Assembly (NCBI GenBank): GCA_947478465.1
Contig: CANJWH010000008.1
Coordinates: 4,008-68,007, forward strand
Direction: 5' to 3'
Origin: Bacteroidota bacterium
Lineage (GTDB): Bacteria > Bacteroidota > Bacteroidia > SXHM01
Length of the DNA stretch: 64,000 bases
Of the stretch, positions 38,301 through 45,775 are shown in pieces. Position 1 is the stretch's first letter; each line of letters opens with the position of its first letter. A program made the translations under genes and the position numbers. The notes under the pieces were generated by a model. It did no database searches. It saw only the letters and a list, made by a program, of their open reading frames with translations, and was not told the DNA's origin.

Positions 38301-41300
38301 GAAACTACAAATTCAATAACCGGTCTATGTGCCGGAGTTTACTCTGTTGATATCACGGATGCCAACGGTTGCGTTGAATCACTTGCATTCCCTGTAAACA
38401 ACGTTCCTAATTCAAGCATTTCAGTTTCATCAACATCTGCAACCTGCAGCGGAAGCTGTGACGGAACAGCAACAGTTACTGTAACTCTTGGAACTGCTCC
38501 TTTCACTTATCTTTGGAGTGATGGACAAACTACTGCTACAGCAAGTAATCTTTGTGCAGGAGTTTATACTGTTCAGGTTACAGATGCTTCAAGTTGCATT
38601 GCAACCGACATCATAACCGTAAACGAACCTGCTTTATTAGCATTAAGTCTTCCCGTAGTTTCCAACATTACTTGTAACGGAGCATGCGATGGAACAATTT
38701 CTATCATTCCTTCAGGCGGAGTATTACCATATTCTTATCTGTGGAACGATGGACAAACTACTGCAACAGCAACCAATCTTTGCCCTGGAGCTTATAGCGT
38801 AGTTGTAACTGATGCTAACGGTTGCACATCTACATGGTCTGACATTCCGGTCACAGAACCTACACCTATTGTATTGTCAACTTCATGGACAGACGCTTTA
38901 TGTTTTAGTGTTTGTGATGGAACAGCTACAGTTACAGCAACTGGTGGTACAGGAGCATATACTTACTTGTGGACACCAGGAAACCAAACCGATGCAACAG
39001 CAACCGGACTTTGTGCAGGAACATACATTGTTCAGGTAACAGATGCAAATGGATGTGTTCAGGGAACTTCAGTATTAATTGGTGAACCAACCGAAATCAC
39101 ACTTTCAACTAACATGCTGCCAGCAAGTTGTAATGGAGTTTGCGATGCTTCGGCTTGGGTAGTTGCTACAGGTGGAACTCCTTCGTTAGTTACAGGATAC
39201 ACTTATTCATGGAATCCAACTTCTCAAACAGGTGATACTGCTATTGCTTTGTGTGCAGGTATTTACACTGTTACCATTACTGACTCTCTTGGTTGTGCGC
39301 AAACAGCTACAATAAACGTTGCTGAACCTACACCTGTTACCATGACATTTGCTGTAAATAACGTAACCTGCTTTGGTTTCTGTAATGCTGATATTACTGC
39401 AACACCTGCGGGTGGAACTGCTCCTTACACATATCAGTGGCTGAACACTACAGGATTGGAAACAATAGACTTTGTTGACAGCCTTTGCCCTGGTGAATAC
39501 TATTTATTAGTTACAGATGCAAACGGGTGCAGAGGTCAGGATACAGCAATTGTAACCGAACCAACTTTACTTGTATTTGATGCAACAGTAGTTAACAATG
39601 TAAGCTGTGGAGGATTGTGCGATGGTACTGCGTCAGCAACTCCAAGCGGTGGAACACCGGGATACTCTTACCTGTGGTCGCCTTCAGGCCAAACAACTGC
39701 AACTGCAATTAACCTGTGTGCCGGAACCTACACTGTAACAGTTACAGATGCCAACGGTTGCGACACAACACAAACCATTGTAATCACCGAGCCGCCAATT
39801 CTTACTCTTTACCCTACTACAACCAACGCAAGTTGTGGTGGTGTGTGTGACGGAACAGCAACAGCTCACGTAGGTGGAGGAACACTTCCTTATCAATATG
39901 CATGGAGTGACGGACAAACCGACAGCACTGCAGTAGGTCTTTGCGCAGGAAATTACAGTGTGCTCATTACTGATGGAAACGGTTGTACTATTTCTGTCAA
40001 TGTAATTATTCTTGAACCACCAATTCTGACATCTTCAATAACTGATTTCAGTGAAATACTTTGCGCAGGAAGCTGCGATGCCTATGCAACTGTTGATGTA
40101 AACGGTGGTGTTCCTCCTTATTCTTATCTATGGAATAACGGACAAACAGATAGCACTGCAATTGATCTTTGTATTGGAACATATAGTGTTGTTATTACCG
40201 ATGCTATCGGTTGCAATACCACTGCTACAGTCATTATAAGCGACCAGAATGCCTTGGCAACTGCAATTCCGTTGTTCAACAACGTAAGCTGCTTTGGCCT
40301 GTGCGATGGAACCGCTACAGCAATAGCAACTGGAGGAGTTGCTCCTTACAGTTTTGTATGGAGTGACGGACAAAGCGCTGCAATGGCTACAAACCTTTGC
40401 CCTGGTACTTATACCGTTACTGTTACCGATGCTGCTAACTGCGTTTCAACTTCTACAATTGATATTACAGAACCTGAACTGCTTACTGCTTCTGCTACAG
40501 GTGTAAATGCAAGCTGCGGTGGTAATTGCGATGGAACTGCTACAGTAACACCTGCCGGTGGAACTCCTGTTTACTCCTACCTCTGGGTTCCAGGCGGACA
40601 AACAACAGCAACAGCTACCGGACTTTGTGCGGGTTCTTATACAGTAACTGTAACCGATGCTAATGGTTGTGACACTACTGCTACAATTGTTATTACAGAA
40701 CCTCCGATTATTGTAGCTTCTGCTTCAGTAACTGCACCAACTTGCACCAATACTAACAACGGAGCAGTTGACCTTTCAGTATCTGGCGGTGTTCCGGGTT
40801 ATACCTATTTATGGTCTAATGGAGCAACTACCGAAGACCTTAGCAATCTGCTTCCCGGAGTTTATACCGTAACCGTAACAGACAACATTGGTTGCTCTAA
40901 AACACTTATTGTAACAGTTGTTGAACAGATAGTAATTGATGCAAATGCAGGACCGGATATTACAATTTGTATCGGTGAACAGGTTCAGTTGCAGGCAACA
41001 GGCGGAAGCGGTTATCTGTGGACACCGGCTTCAGGATTAAATTACAACAACATTGATAATCCGGTTGCAACCATCACCACTACTACTACCTACATTGTTC
41101 AGGTTACCAACTTCAGTTGTGTGGATTACGATACCATCACTATTATCGTTAATCCTCTTCCTGTAATTGATGCAGGTGCAGGTGCCGAAATTCTTTCAGG
41201 AACTACCGTTCAGTTACAGGCTGGCGGTGCAGGAACTAACGGCACCTACACATGGTCACCGATAGATGGTTTAGATAATTGGGCTATCGCTAATCCTATT

Positions 41301-41657
41301 GCTTCACCAACTGAAACTACTATTTACTATGTAACAGGAACAGATGAAAACGGATGCTCGGCAACTGATTCATTAACCATTGAGGTATCGCCCGGAATTG
41401 TTTTCCCTGATGGTATCACACCAAATGATGACGGTAAAAACGACACCTGGATTATTGACTTTATCAATAACTTCCCTGAAGCAGTGGTAATGGTTTACAA
41501 CCGTTGGGGACAAGAGCTTTTCTATTCTAAAGGTTACGGAACACCTTGGGATGGAAGATACAAAGGTAAAGACCTGCCTGTAGGAACATACTACTATGTA
41601 ATTGACCTGCACAATGGTAAAGAACCTTATACCGGACCTATAACAATAGCGAGATAA
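32349..41657 (+). CDS. Giant cell-surface adhesin: about 38 SprB-type repeats plus a T9SS type B (gliding-motility-associated) C-terminal domain
   Basis: 3102 aa. Signal peptide. I counted about 38 units of about 75 aa, each ending (V/I)TDxNGC. C-terminus ITPNDDGKNDTWIIDF...VYNRWGQELF...WDGRYKGKDLPVGTYYYVIDL...GPITIAR fits the type B CTD pattern. Confidence 0.9.
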   Translation: MEKLIRPMNTILKSATLLLAVFLTSINFNTVSAQCPLTVSATMTPVTCFGGSDGTITITGTGGIAPYDFGVVQVPSIFLTFTDNILTHTFTGLPAGNYIVVFESDNSGCGSTQVSTTITITEPAAGVTTAMSFTPVSCNGGTNGTATATPSGGTPGYTYLWSPSGQTTQTATGLSAGVQNVLITDALGCTTNGTVTITQPAGMSQSRIVTNVLCFGQSNGSIDLSVSGGTAPYTYLWSNGATTQDIGGLAAGNYSVVITDANSCTLNSGTITVSQPTILTSSETHVNVNCAGSNTGSIDVTVSGGTSPYTYLWNTGQTTQDLSGLAPGFYSVNIIDANGCTSTRSATITQLSNLSVSSLITDATCGASDGAVNVTVSGGSGNYTYSWSPGGATTEDISGLNAAVYTVTVTDITLGCTQTLANNVQNSGNPNITGTVTNATNCNATNGAIDITVTGGLGSYSYLWSPSGQITQDRINLAVGSYTVTVTDNTTGCIAIATFAVSYNNAMTLTGSVTNSNCSSNSGAVDLTVTGGTAPLTYLWSNGVTTQDISSIGAGVYSVTVTDANGCTANSVFPVSGSNGITVTSVETDITCAGAGNGSVNLTVSGGSGNYTYSWSNGATTQDISNLSPGTYTVSVTDAVSLCSSFLSFTITQPSGYNGFVDITHVSCNGGSNGSIDLTIAGATPPYSYSWSPGGQTTQDLSGLSVGTYIVTITDANGCTAGAGFTITQPAAISLTETHVNVSCAGGANGSVNLSVSGGSAPYSYGWSNGATTQDISGLIAGFYNVTVTDANGCSSILNVTITEISNLTINIVSVVNSQCNANTGSIDITITGGSGNYTYSWTPGSLTTQDLTGLAPGTYNVTVTDVNLGCVQSTAINVSETGAPNVSGVVTPATNCAATNGAIDITVSGGSGNYSYLWSPGGQTTQDRTSLAPGTYTVTVTDVTTGCSGLFNYTVTAGSGISLTASITNSSCSTSTGAIDLSVSGGTAPYTYLWTNGATTQDISGLAGAIYGVTVTDANGCSSNSFFTVSETSAFTLSVAITNINCAGGTNGAINLTVSGGSGNYTYTWSNGATTQDLSSIPAGSYSVSVTDVTTGCTSLAIYTVTEPTTITLSANVTNIPCNGSGTGSIDITVAGGTPTYTYSWSNGATTQDISGLALGTYTLTFSDANGCGGVYSYTVSQPTSITITETHTNVTCNGLNNGTIDITVSGGTAPYSYLWAPSGQTTQDRTALAPNTYTVTVTDINGCNSNLSVTITQPAVLTASETHTNINCFGANNGAIDVTVSGGTGPFTYLWTPSGQTTQDRAGLAPGTYSVAITDANGCTTSVNNVIITQPGSALTASISASGNVTCFGLCNGTATVSASGGSGGYTYLWTPGGQTTQTAINLCPSIYNVTVTDASGCTAAATVTIIQPADLVASATGTDASCNGVCDGTAIVTQVGGTSPFTYFWLPTGPATNTVNNLCAGTFQVVVTDFNGCDDTASVTINQPAPITYTSSATPVLCNGQCNGTATVTPSGGFVPYTYLWSNGQTTQTATNLCLGIVTCLITDANGCSTTATVAVPSNSAIVIDVTSNEPTCNGSCDGFINTSISGGTGPYTYLWTPGGETTNSINNLCADTYTLAVTDANGCQQVVVVILSEPTPIVITPSTTSASCNGVCDASASVSVSGGTAGYTYLWSPGGQTTSSLSNICAGFYTVTVTDANGCQQTANVNVSEPTAITLTTNVNNISCNGNTDGSIDLVVSGGTPGYTYLWDSGQTSQDLSNLTPGTYSVTVTDANNCTATTSITITEPGIVDMTYTSTPATCGQCDGTATLSVIGGTAPYTYLWGTGATTATATNLCAGVYPVFVTDANGCTGSFAVAISNTGGPASVTVSTTDASCFGICDGSATVTGVTGGIAPYNYLWVPGGATTTSLSGLCSGTYFVQVSDTNNCTLTQTVTISEPLEIQANEVVVTADCGVCNGSITLAPSAGQAPYTFLWGGGETTNSITGLCAGVYSVDITDANGCVESLAFPVNNVPNSSISVSSTSATCSGSCDGTATVTVTLGTAPFTYLWSDGQTTATASNLCAGVYTVQVTDASSCIATDIITVNEPALLALSLPVVSNITCNGACDGTISIIPSGGVLPYSYLWNDGQTTATATNLCPGAYSVVVTDANGCTSTWSDIPVTEPTPIVLSTSWTDALCFSVCDGTATVTATGGTGAYTYLWTPGNQTDATATGLCAGTYIVQVTDANGCVQGTSVLIGEPTEITLSTNMLPASCNGVCDASAWVVATGGTPSLVTGYTYSWNPTSQTGDTAIALCAGIYTVTITDSLGCAQTATINVAEPTPVTMTFAVNNVTCFGFCNADITATPAGGTAPYTYQWLNTTGLETIDFVDSLCPGEYYLLVTDANGCRGQDTAIVTEPTLLVFDATVVNNVSCGGLCDGTASATPSGGTPGYSYLWSPSGQTTATAINLCAGTYTVTVTDANGCDTTQTIVITEPPILTLYPTTTNASCGGVCDGTATAHVGGGTLPYQYAWSDGQTDSTAVGLCAGNYSVLITDGNGCTISVNVIILEPPILTSSITDFSEILCAGSCDAYATVDVNGGVPPYSYLWNNGQTDSTAIDLCIGTYSVVITDAIGCNTTATVIISDQNALATAIPLFNNVSCFGLCDGTATAIATGGVAPYSFVWSDGQSAAMATNLCPGTYTVTVTDAANCVSTSTIDITEPELLTASATGVNASCGGNCDGTATVTPAGGTPVYSYLWVPGGQTTATATGLCAGSYTVTVTDANGCDTTATIVITEPPIIVASASVTAPTCTNTNNGAVDLSVSGGVPGYTYLWSNGATTEDLSNLLPGVYTVTVTDNIGCSKTLIVTVVEQIVIDANAGPDITICIGEQVQLQATGGSGYLWTPASGLNYNNIDNPVATITTTTTYIVQVTNFSCVDYDTITIIVNPLPVIDAGAGAEILSGTTVQLQAGGAGTNGTYTWSPIDGLDNWAIANPIASPTETTIYYVTGTDENGCSATDSLTIEVSPGIVFPDGITPNDDGKNDTWIIDFINNFPEAVVMVYNRWGQELFYSKGYGTPWDGRYKGKDLPVGTYYYVIDLHNGKEPYTGPITIAR
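33195..35918 (+). repeat. Two tandem 1362-bp super-repeats (each six SprB repeats) inside the adhesin gene
   Basis: Blocks start at 33195 (ETHVNVNCAGSNTGSIDV), 34557 (ETHVNVSCAGGANGSVNL) and 35919 (ETHTNVTCNGLNNGTIDI). Both full blocks are exactly 454 codons and are collinear repeat by repeat. Confidence 0.8.
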
Positions 41658-41668
41658 AAATAAATTAA

Positions 41669-41726
41669 CCACTAAGTGCACAAAGAACACTTAGAATTAC
41701 TTAGTGAGCTAAGTGCTCTTAGTGGT
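41669..41726 (+). promoter_or_regulatory. Cluster of CTTAGTG/CACTAAG-type heptamers forming nested and alternative stem-loops between the adhesin and porP/sprF genes
   Basis: CCACTAAG (41669-76) pairs with CTTAGTGG (41718-25). CTAAGTG (41672-78) pairs with CACTTAG (41688-94), which also pairs with CTAAGTG (41709-15). No T-run follows. Confidence 0.4.
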
Positions 41727-41749
41727 AAAAACAATAAAACACCAGAAAT

Positions 41750-42703
41750 ATGAAAAAGCTATACACTCTTCTTACAGTAATTGTTTGCACTGTTTCAGGC
41801 ATCAAAGCCCAACAAGTGCCGCAGTATGCACAATACATGCTGAACAATTATATCCTCAACCCTGCTGTATCGGGCACCGAGGATTATTACGAAGTAAAAT
41901 CAAACAACCGCTACCAGTGGGTAGGTGTTACTGATGCTCCCCGCACGTATGTGCTAAGCGTGCATGGTCCGCACCGCAAATACAACATGGGGTTTGGCGG
42001 CTCAGTGTATAGTGATATTACCGGCCCTACCAGCCGTACAGGTGCATACCTCTCCTATGCCTATCATGTGAAACTTTCACAAAAACTGAAACTCTCTTTC
42101 GGACTTGGATTTGGTGTAATGCAGTTTAAAATTGACGGCTCAAAAGTTACTTTGAAAGAAGGTAACGACCCTGCAATGAGCAACGGAGTTATGAGTGTTA
42201 TTGCTCCTGATGCAACTTTCGGAATTCAGCTCTACACCAAAAAATTCTATTTTGGAATTTCTGCTCCGCAGTTAATCGGTAATAAGTTGAAATTTTTTGA
42301 CAATGTATCTGATGCACAGAGCCGTCTTGCTCGCCATCTTCTAATCATGGGAGGTTATACCTTTAACCTTGGCGACAACTGGACCATACAACCTTCCTTC
42401 CTGTTAAAATATGTTAGCCCTGTTCCAATGCAAATTGATCTTGGCCTTAAAATCGGTTACCGCGATATAGTTTGGGCAGGAAGTGCTTTCCGAATTAAAG
42501 ATGCCGTTTCGGTAATGGCGGGGTTTAACATTGGTAAAAATGTTATTCTTGGTTATGCTTACGATTTCCCGATGTCAAGCCTCAAAAACTACAGCAGCGG
42601 AAGCCACGAAGTAATGATTGGCGCACGCTTTGCAAAAATCCGACACAACGATACTCCTCCGGCTGAAAGCCCGGTGGAAACTCCAACAAGTAAAGAAAAG
42701 TAA
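41750..42703 (+). CDS. PorP/SprF-family type IX secretion system membrane protein
   Basis: 317 aa. Signal peptide, then AQQVPQYAQYMLNNYILNPAVSG, the characteristic PorP/SprF N-terminus. Beta-barrel-like alternating pattern. Lies immediately downstream of a type B CTD protein. Confidence 0.85.
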   Translation: MKKLYTLLTVIVCTVSGIKAQQVPQYAQYMLNNYILNPAVSGTEDYYEVKSNNRYQWVGVTDAPRTYVLSVHGPHRKYNMGFGGSVYSDITGPTSRTGAYLSYAYHVKLSQKLKLSFGLGFGVMQFKIDGSKVTLKEGNDPAMSNGVMSVIAPDATFGIQLYTKKFYFGISAPQLIGNKLKFFDNVSDAQSRLARHLLIMGGYTFNLGDNWTIQPSFLLKYVSPVPMQIDLGLKIGYRDIVWAGSAFRIKDAVSVMAGFNIGKNVILGYAYDFPMSSLKNYSSGSHEVMIGARFAKIRHNDTPPAESPVETPTSKEK

Positions 42704-42726
42704 ATCAAACTTATTATATCTAAAAA

Positions 42727-42759
42727 CAGCCCCGCCCAAAATGCGGGGCTGTTTTTTTT
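42727..42759 (+). terminator. Rho-independent terminator
   Basis: CAGCCCCGC-ccaaaat-GCGGGGCTG followed by T8, 24 nt after the stop at 42703. Confidence 0.75.
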
Positions 42760-42762
42760 AAA

Positions 42763-42770
42763 TACTTTTG
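42763..42770 (+). promoter_or_regulatory. Putative -7 box TACTTTTG for ispG
   Basis: TAnnTTTG match 17 nt upstream of the ATG at 42787. Confidence 0.35.
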
Positions 42771-42786
42771 CATCCAAATACCTCAA

Positions 42787-44739
42787 ATGCCAAACAAACC
42801 CAGCCTCTACTGCAATAGCCTCACCTCCTACTCACGCTATCAAACCCGTGCAATAAAAGTGGGCAACGTATTAATAGGTGGCGGCAACCCAATTGTGGTG
42901 CAAAGCATGACCACCACCGATACTATGGACACCCTCAAAACCGCGGAACAAAGCATCCGCATGATTGAAGCCGGTTGTCAACTCGTGCGCATAACCGCAC
43001 CCAGCATTAAAGAAGCAGAAAATCTCCTCAACATAAAAAACGAATTGCGCAAGCGCGGGTACGCTACCCCGCTTGTTGCAGATATACACTTCACCCCCAA
43101 TGCAGCCGAAGTAGCTGCCCGCATCGTAGAAAAAGTGCGTGTAAACCCCGGCAACTATGCCGACCGCAAAAAGTTTGAGACCATTGAATACAATGACCTG
43201 AGCTACGAAGCCGAGCTGGAGCGCATCCGCGAACGCTTCACTCCTTTGGTAAAAATTTGCAAAGAACACGGCACCGCCATGCGCATCGGCACTAACCACG
43301 GTTCGCTTAGCGACCGGATTATGAGCCGCTATGGCGATACTCCACTTGGCATGGTTGAATCAGCTTTGGAGTTTGTCCGCATTTGCGAAGAAAATGATTT
43401 CAGGGAAATTGTTCTTTCCATGAAAGCCAGCAACACACTGATAATGGTGCAGGCCTACCGCCTCCTCATTAAAAAGATGCAAGATGAAGGAATGAATTAC
43501 CCCCTACATCTTGGCGTTACCGAAGCAGGAGAAGGCGAAGATGGCCGGATAAAATCAGCAGTAGGAATAGGAACATTACTGGAAGATGGTATAGGTGACA
43601 CCGTCCGCGTTTCCCTCACAGAAGACCCCGAGTTTGAAATACCCGTTGCCAAGGCATTGGTTGAACGATACTCAACACGAGAAGAAAAACAATCACCAAT
43701 TCCTGAAATTGAAAACTACCCCGTCAATCCCTACGAACACAACCGCAGAAACACACGCGAAGTGCAGAATATTGGTGGACATAAAGTTCCCGTTGTTGTT
43801 GCTTCCTTAACTAATAAGCAAGAAATAATACCATCAAACTTATTTAGCCTCGGCTATAATTATTCTGTAACCTTTGACAAATGGAATATTGCCGACCAGG
43901 CTTGCGATTGCATCTATACAGGGAGTACTCCGGTTAATTTCAAAACTCCCGGAACGCTGGGAATTATTTATGATTACACTACCTGGATTGCTAACAAAAC
44001 AGAAGAAAGAAGATATCCACTCCTTACAAATGAAGAATACCTTTCTGCAAAAGAAAAATCTTCTGTTCTCAATTTTATTTCATCATCCATCACTCAATTA
44101 ACAGCATCTTTTATTGAAAAATTAAAAGCTGATACAACTGCTGTGCTTATTATAACAACATCCAATGATCATGGAATGGCAGAGCAACGCAGCATGTTTG
44201 CATCCTTGATGCACAATAATTGCCAAACACCTGTTGTTATAAAAAGAACCTACAATGGCTTAGATGAAAATCGTTTCCAACTCCATGCCTCCACCGATAC
44301 AGGCGCATTATTGATTGATGGCTTGGGCGATGGAATACTAATAGAAGCAGAAGGAATTGCTCCCAAAACAATCAATGCAACCGCATTCGGAATTCTGCAA
44401 GCTGCCCGTACCCGTATTTCAAAAACAGAATATATCTCCTGCCCATCCTGCGGAAGAACATTATTTGACTTGCAAGAAACCACAGCAAAGATCCGAAACC
44501 GTACCAGTCATCTGAAAGGAATAAAAATAGGCATCATGGGCTGTATCGTAAACGGACCTGGCGAAATGGCCGATGCCGATTACGGTTATGTGGGCACAGG
44601 TGTTGGAAAAATAACACTCTACAAAGGCAAAGAAGTAGTAAAACGAAATGTTGCTTCCGAAAATGCGTTAGACGAACTGATAGACCTCATCCGCCAGCAT
44701 GGCGATTGGGTAGAAGCACAACCTGTAGGACAGGAATAA
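42787..44739 (+). CDS. ispG: 4-hydroxy-3-methylbut-2-en-1-yl diphosphate synthase, long form with inserted domain
   Basis: 650 aa. N-terminal GGGNPIVVQSMT and VRITAP TIM-barrel motifs. C-terminal [4Fe-4S] domain YISCPSCGRT...GCIVNGPGEMADADYGYVG. About 270 aa are inserted between them, as in Bacteroidota, Chlamydia and plant enzymes. Confidence 0.92.
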   Translation: MPNKPSLYCNSLTSYSRYQTRAIKVGNVLIGGGNPIVVQSMTTTDTMDTLKTAEQSIRMIEAGCQLVRITAPSIKEAENLLNIKNELRKRGYATPLVADIHFTPNAAEVAARIVEKVRVNPGNYADRKKFETIEYNDLSYEAELERIRERFTPLVKICKEHGTAMRIGTNHGSLSDRIMSRYGDTPLGMVESALEFVRICEENDFREIVLSMKASNTLIMVQAYRLLIKKMQDEGMNYPLHLGVTEAGEGEDGRIKSAVGIGTLLEDGIGDTVRVSLTEDPEFEIPVAKALVERYSTREEKQSPIPEIENYPVNPYEHNRRNTREVQNIGGHKVPVVVASLTNKQEIIPSNLFSLGYNYSVTFDKWNIADQACDCIYTGSTPVNFKTPGTLGIIYDYTTWIANKTEERRYPLLTNEEYLSAKEKSSVLNFISSSITQLTASFIEKLKADTTAVLIITTSNDHGMAEQRSMFASLMHNNCQTPVVIKRTYNGLDENRFQLHASTDTGALLIDGLGDGILIEAEGIAPKTINATAFGILQAARTRISKTEYISCPSCGRTLFDLQETTAKIRNRTSHLKGIKIGIMGCIVNGPGEMADADYGYVGTGVGKITLYKGKEVVKRNVASENALDELIDLIRQHGDWVEAQPVGQE

Positions 44740-44742
44740 AAA

Positions 44743-44931
44743 TCAGGCTTCCTTTTTTGACATTCCCAGACTTAGAAAGTCTGCAACAAACAGTCCGATA
44801 AATACGCCATACAATACTGTCGAAAAAAGATTTGGGCCCATTTCAACTTTAGCAGCAACAACTGCATAAGCCAGCCCGATAAGTCCGCCAATCAGGCAGC
44901 CTAAAAACATTACGATAGATTTGCCACTCAT
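44743..44931 (-). CDS. Small two-TM membrane protein (hypothetical)
   Basis: 62 aa with two hydrophobic helices (IVMFLGCLIGGLIGLAYAVVAA and LYGVFIGLFVADFLSL). I recognise no family. Confidence 0.4.
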   Translation of the reverse strand: MSGKSIVMFLGCLIGGLIGLAYAVVAAKVEMGPNLFSTVLYGVFIGLFVADFLSLGMSKKEA

Positions 44932-45043
44932 AAATTAAATTTTAGAGTTACTAATGAAGCGTTTAAAAGCATCATAAAATTAAGCTGAAATCAATTTATG
45001 AAACAAGCAAAATGCCATAGTTCTAAACAGGTTATTGTTTATT

Positions 45044-45730
45044 TCATTGGGCATCTTTTTCTCCCTCTTTGCCCATTGAGTCTTTAGGCATTTTTTTGTC
45101 GCGTTTCTTTCCTTTATACCACAAAACTTTAGGTTCAAACAAGTCAGGCTGGTATTCACGTTGCACAAATTGCTTTTGCTTTGAACGTGAAGAAAAGGGG
45201 CTTTCTTCAGCGCGGTTATAACTTGCACGCTGTCTTCGGTTTTTGCTTGACGAACTAAAGAAATCTTTGCTTTGCTTATTGCTTCCGGAGCGGCTTGCAA
45301 GTAAAAAATAATCCTTGCTGCCTGCCCTGTTTTGCTTGCGGTAAGGCGATGAAAAATGGTCGGCCTCTTTTTGCGCCCGTGTCTTCTTGGGTTTTGAGGC
45401 AAAGGCATCCATATCACGGTATTTATTTTTACCTGAAGAAAATGTTCCAAAAAAATTACGTTCCATATCAGCACTTCTTTTCTTTGAACTTGTTGCAAAA
45501 TAATTCTTCATGGTAGCATTGCGGTGATAAGTATTTGTCCGCATTGCAAAGAATTCCTTTTCGCGATAATTGCTGCTTTTCTTTTCCTTAAAAGCAAACC
45601 AGGTCTTTACATCACGCTGACTGATTTTTGGTCTGGTAATAAAAGTAGAAGGACAACCCGATGGTCGGCTGCAGGCAGCAAAAACAGTTACGGCAACAAT
45701 CAAAAACAAAAGTGTTTTAAAGATTTTCAT
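45044..45730 (-). CDS. Highly basic, low-complexity lipoprotein with degenerate aromatic-Phe/Ser-Lys repeats (hypothetical)
   Basis: Start placed at the ATG at 45730 (MKIFKTLLFLIVAVTVFAACSRP, lipoprotein signal). The track start at 45832 would overlap the divergent gene at 45776. About 9 motifs such as NYFATSSKKR, NFFGTFSSGKNK and DFFSSSSKNR. Confidence 0.5.
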   Translation of the reverse strand: MKIFKTLLFLIVAVTVFAACSRPSGCPSTFITRPKISQRDVKTWFAFKEKKSSNYREKEFFAMRTNTYHRNATMKNYFATSSKKRSADMERNFFGTFSSGKNKYRDMDAFASKPKKTRAQKEADHFSSPYRKQNRAGSKDYFLLASRSGSNKQSKDFFSSSSKNRRQRASYNRAEESPFSSRSKQKQFVQREYQPDLFEPKVLWYKGKKRDKKMPKDSMGKEGEKDAQ

Positions 45731-45744
45731 CCTTGCAAATAGTG

Positions 45745-45752
45745 TAGTTTTG
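45745..45752 (+). promoter_or_regulatory. Putative -7 box TAGTTTTG
   Basis: TAnnTTTG match 24 nt upstream of the ATG at 45776. Confidence 0.35.
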
Positions 45753-45775
45753 CTTTCCAATTCATACAAATATAC

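Noticed and set aside
34084-40373. Small ORFs on both strands inside the adhesin gene
   Set aside because: They are off-frame or antisense products of a repetitive, Thr/Gly/Ser-rich coding region. None is independent of the 3102-aa frame.
42787-44739. IspG at 650 aa as a novel gene fusion
   Set aside because: The roughly 270-aa insertion between the TIM-barrel and the Fe-S domain is the known long-form architecture in Bacteroidota, Chlamydia and plants.
44980-45498. 172-aa minus-strand ORF
   Set aside because: It is an alternative frame of the basic lipoprotein gene and has no signal or start context. This is a compositional-bias artefact.
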